From Sphaerodactylus townsendi (Eukaryota), in contig NC_059433.1 in assembly GCF_021028975.2 (NCBI RefSeq), positions 41,540,001 to 41,604,000 of the forward strand: a DNA stretch of 64,000 bases, in the 5' to 3' direction. Under the pieces are notes generated by a model. That model saw only the letters and a list, made by a program, of their open reading frames with translations. It did no database searches and had not been told where the DNA came from. Both the position numbers and the translations under genes were made by a program. Positions 24,480-64,000 of this stretch are shown here, piece by piece (positions within the stretch are counted from its first letter, which is position 1; each line of letters opens with the position of its first letter).

Positions 24480-26312
24480 AATGGATTCCCTGTCTAGAGT
24501 AATAGTGTTCTGCTAAAGTTGCCAGCATGGTAGAGTTGACTTTGTGAAATGTTACCAGCCTGTTAGAACCCAAAGTCATCATGAATCTATTAACCAGTAA
24601 AGAACCTTTCATAACACCTAAGCAACTGAAAAAACTTATAAAACTTGATTAAGAACTGTGCCTGTGCCAAAACTGGTATCTGTACATAGTTATCTCTTGA
24701 TTGATCTCCATCCATTAAAAATATCTCCTGATCCCATCTACTTTGTTCAGTAAATTTTACTTTTATTTGATGAACTCGCCTCAGTTCTCTGGTGCCTTGA
24801 AATGGGAGATTTGCCATGAGGGAAAAACAAGTTCCCTTCACCTTTCTGGAGTTCTTGAGGCTGAGCAGATAAGCATAAAATACCTCATCCACTACCATCT
24901 CAGTCTTGGAAAGGCCCAGAAAAAGCCTTCCTCTCAGGGTTGGTCTCCTAATGTAGCCTTCCCTTAACTTCAGCCACTTGATACTCACAGAAGATTGCAG
25001 AAGCAGCTATAGGTGTGCCCATAGAGGTGGGACCTGTAGAAGATCTCTGTAGTACACTTAGGTGTCCACCTAACCATTTCTGAGTGGAAGTTTTCTGGAA
25101 ACTGCTCTATTGGCAGTAGGTTTCATTCCATTCCTTTTGCTGCTGTTTCCTCAGAAGCGATGCGGCGAAAGGTTTCCTTTCTTTAGAGCACATGTGGGTG
25201 GAAAAAACTGATTGCCAGTGTGCACAGGCCTGAGATTTGATTTTGGCTGCTTCACCCCTGAATGGCAAGAGTAACCATGGATTTTGTAAGCAAGAATTGT
25301 TAATTTTCCATCCGAAAGATCCTCAGGGAGAGTTCAGTAACCGGAATCTCTTCTGGAGCTTCATCTGCTGACATGAAGTCCCCTTCATCTGATGAGTCTA
25401 CCCTACTAACTGAGGAATCAGTGAAATCTCTACCATGGCTTATGCAATAGCTTGTCTTAGTGTGTTGTGAAGAACCTCCCCCCAGCACTTCTATGAATGC
25501 TGGGGTGCAAAGTATGGATTGTCCTGGGGTCTGACATGGATCAGAGAATCCCAGTGCCGCCAATTGTTGAGCAACTAGTCCAGGAACCCCTGAGAGTGCC
25601 TCTAATTAAAAATACTAACTAATTAAAAATATTAACTCCAGATGCTTTTACACCTTGCTTCTGGGTACGTCTGCTGCACTTAAGAGGCATCACAAGGGTC
25701 ATCCTCCTCTTCTCATCTGTTTCCAGGCCATTTGCCCTGATAAGCTCTCTGCATGAGAGGAATCGCGCCTGAAAGGTCATGCTGCCATTTTGCCTCTGCG
25801 CACCATATTTGATTGTTTGCTACAAGGCAGTCAGGATGAAGTCTGCTGTGGCTTGGGTCGGGACAGCCCTCTCAGGGGTTGTGCCCACCCTGCAGTATCA
25901 GGCCTCAGCTATGCTGGACTCCTGCATTTCTTCCTTGGAAACAAAGCTGCCATCAAAGGCAGAGTTGAGTGCATGCATCTTAAAGCCTGGGCGGCCAGTC
26001 CTTATTGAAGCTCGCTTCGCTCTTCTTGACTGGCCAAACAGCCACTTAGAAGTAGAAGGTTTGGAAAAAAGTAGAAAAAAAAAAAGTATAGGGTAAAAAG
26101 ATAAAGCTTAAAAATGAGATAATAAGAGGCAGAAAAGACTAGAGGAAATGAGAAGCACGAGGCAGCTGGAGGCTAGAGACTGCAGCTCTTCCCGGAGAAC
26201 GGAAAGAACTGAGGAGAGCAGTCTGCCTAGCAACAGGAAACAAGAAATTTGATCCTGCGTCCCTGAGAAAGACAGTAGGAAACACTCAGGTGTCCTACAG
26301 CTCAGAGAGAGA
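24480..26312 (-). mobile_element. Highly degenerate DIRS-like fragment (5' end, gag and RT remnants)
   Basis: DIRS-like 5' terminus (TTCTCTCTCTGAGCTGTAGG...), a gag-like acidic region (SSDEGDFMS...LRIFRMEN) resembling the other two DIRS copies, and decayed pol-like sequence. Confidence 0.45.
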
Positions 26313-27479
26313 ACAAGGCCAATTTGATAATGTCTTACTACTTCTATAAATTCTGCTATATTCCACTAAGGAGTCAGAACAGTCAAAGATTCTGAACTTC
26401 TAGCCTATTTCTTCTCTATCATGAATGCTGATTCATATATTTTCCCCTACACAAAGTATTTCTACGTAAGGAAACACAATGCAAAACCCATCATAGCAAA
26501 TATCATGTGAGGATTACACATGCATTCATTTTGAGATATACATGCACTGGGAAGCCACAGCCAAGCTTATCATAGCTAATACATGTGTAGAAAATACAGA
26601 CAATGACCACTTACGGGGTTTGTACCTTTTCCTACATGCCAGTGGTGTACAGCACTGTTACAGAAAGGTCAAGTAAAATGTACACCACAGATCTGAAAGA
26701 GTACGAACAACTCCAAGAGGACACCTTTGCAGTTAATTGCCAGCATCACAGATACTAGATTTTTACTTGGTTTTGATCCCGCAATCCAAGTCCTATTACT
26801 TTGTTTATTGGATATCCCATCCTACTGACTACATTGACTTATATTGTTTAATCTGCCTGGAATGTCACTGGAAAAGATGACCTATAAATAAAATACATGA
26901 TAGAAAATAAATGAAGGCTTCCAGAAGCGGGAAGAATAAAAAACAGCAACCAAGTGTCAAGGAATCTGAGAAGTAAATTGCTAAAGGAGTAATAACCAAC
27001 ATTTCTTTAGAGACATCATGAACATATAACAATCCAAGGAGATTATAGCTTAGACAAAAAAGCTGAGTTTTTCTCCTGGAATTTATTAACTAGGACTCAC
27101 ATGAACAGCACTGCATTAACAGACTTGTCTTGGGGTTCTAAAATACATTATCATGCTTGTATCTTGTTCATCTTCATAGGAAATCAGAATGGGCATAGAT
27201 TATTTTTAAATTCATTTTGTCATAACAATCCTGTGAGGTAGACTAGGCAGAGTGATAGTGACTGGCTCAACATCATTCAGTGATTTTCTACATAGCACAT
27301 TAGGGGAGCTTGAAGGGTAGGGGTCTTATCTGAATTTTAATTTAAGTTCCATATTCTATCCCATAGTTCTTCTGTCCACATATTCCATAACTTAGTAGCA
27401 AGCATTTTGTTAGTATAATACACATATATTAGTAGTTATCTAAAAGTTATAAGAAAAGTGCTCAGAATGTACAAGGATT

Positions 27480-28721
27480 ATCTTATAAATGGAACTTTCA
27501 AATATTTATTTGTCAAATTGTATAAAACTTCAAGGATGAAAATTTCACCATCACAAGGATTCAACCGTTTGTTAGCATGACCAATACAATTTATTACACA
27601 TTGTATTTACAACTATTTACATATGCTTTAATAGGTAGATATTAAAATAGGCAATGTACAATTTTAACAATTTTTCATTGAGAGGCTTTTGGAAAGGGTG
27701 GGGTAGAATAGCCTCATTTTGAGATTAGCGTGTAAGAGCACGTTAATAATCATTAAGTTTTTAAACAAAAATAGTCTCAGAATAGTAAGTCACAGGCATG
27801 GAATTACAGTAGCAGAACAATAAATGCTTCTGGGAAGTTAAGGTGAAATCCATTAAGCCCTGCTGCAATGTACGCTGAAATGGACACCCATGCAAATTCC
27901 TCTGGAGTTTGTGCAGAAGCAGTGCTTGGTGGATTCGCAACCACACGTTGCTATCATTTAGGGACCACACACTAAGGAAAGCTTGAACTGAACTAGCATG
28001 CGATACCGCTCAGTTTCAAACCTTTACAGGGATGGTGATGAAACAAGCAGCTCAATCAAACACATGCCTCTTAAAAGAAAGTTGCCACGCTACACATAAG
28101 GAACAACAAATTTGGTCCAATAAAACATTAGACAAAACAGTTTTACACAATTAAAATATCTATCTTTATACAGGATTGAACATTAAATACAAGAATATTT
28201 ACATTTGCACAATATGTATAAAATAAGTTATTTTAAAAAATGAAAAAATTACATCTTTTTCCAAAAAGAAAACTGTACAGTTAACCTATAAATTATATAA
28301 GATGAAAACACTAACTTCCCACATCCACACAAGGTTGTGATTTCTTCCACAGGTTGGTATTTTTTCCTGCAGGAATTTAAGCTGAATAATAAAAATCATT
28401 AAAGTGGACTTTAAATAACAAGTGCTTTTCAGTGGCTCTCTTGTAACAGCTGCCAGCGCTGTTAAATCTTCAGCAAAAGATTGTTGTATATAAATAGATC
28501 TGCTGGGAAGGAAGATGCCTTTTGGGCTTTAGAATCTAAAATAAATACCATCTATTACTAAATGGTATGCATTTACAATATTGAATGTGATTTTGTGAAA
28601 CATTCTGAAGGAATACATGGAATACAGAAAAAGACTGTACTCCATATTATTCCTATATTTTAAACAAGTAATTACATTTATGCCCCACAACCTTAGGCAG
28701 AAAGTCAGGAGATGCTAATTG
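27480..28721 (-). other. ANKRD12: ANKRD12 3' UTR with candidate poly(A) signals (AATAAA on the minus strand at 27590-27595 and 27505-27510)
   Basis: AT-rich, TE-free stretch after the stop codon with tttatt hexamers on +; the exact 3' end is not determined. Confidence 0.55.
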
Positions 28722-63695
<34,974 letters not shown>

Positions 63696-64000
63696 TTAAA
63701 AAACTAAACAAACCAATCACAAAATAACTTTCACAGATCACATCAACTTAAGACAGCTAGACTTTATCAGATATAGTATAAAATAAAGAATAATAATGAA
63801 ATACTAAAGAATCTGCCATCCTCTCATGCTGTTTTCACTAGTTAAGAAATAAAGCTAATAAAATAGAGACCAATAATGCTGAAAACTATTTAACATCACA
63901 TTTCTATATTAAGGAAAGATATTAAACACAAGACACACAGACAATTCAAACATAAATATTTCACTGAACTCAGAAATAAAAATTAGCAAGTGGCTCAATC

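Overview
Vertebrate genomic DNA, most likely a squamate (gecko-like repeat content; this is inferred from the TE families). It holds two minus-strand genes in the conserved ANKRD12-TWSG1 order. ANKRD12 contributes 11 coding exons from 63614 down to the stop at 28722, including a 4532-bp exon, and its first coding exon lies beyond the window. TWSG1 has its CpG-island promoter at about 12.9-13.55 kb and coding exons at 10239-10361 and 1738-1837; the rest of the gene is beyond the window start. Introns and the intergenic region are dense with mobile elements: a structurally complete DIRS retrotransposon (ITRs plus ICR) inside an ANKRD12 intron, two older DIRS relics (one with a stack of nested insertions), L1, L2, CR1 and RTE fragments, hAT and Harbinger MITEs with TSDs, and Penelope-derived inverted repeats carrying minimal hammerhead ribozyme cores. 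The most notable observations are an L1 insertion whose 15-bp TSD duplicates the TWSG1 exon-3 splice donor, the two-strand hammerhead hairpins in introns of both genes, and a CpG-rich but indel-riddled DIRS element 71 bp from an ANKRD12 donor. No wholly new biological system can be supported from the sequence alone.
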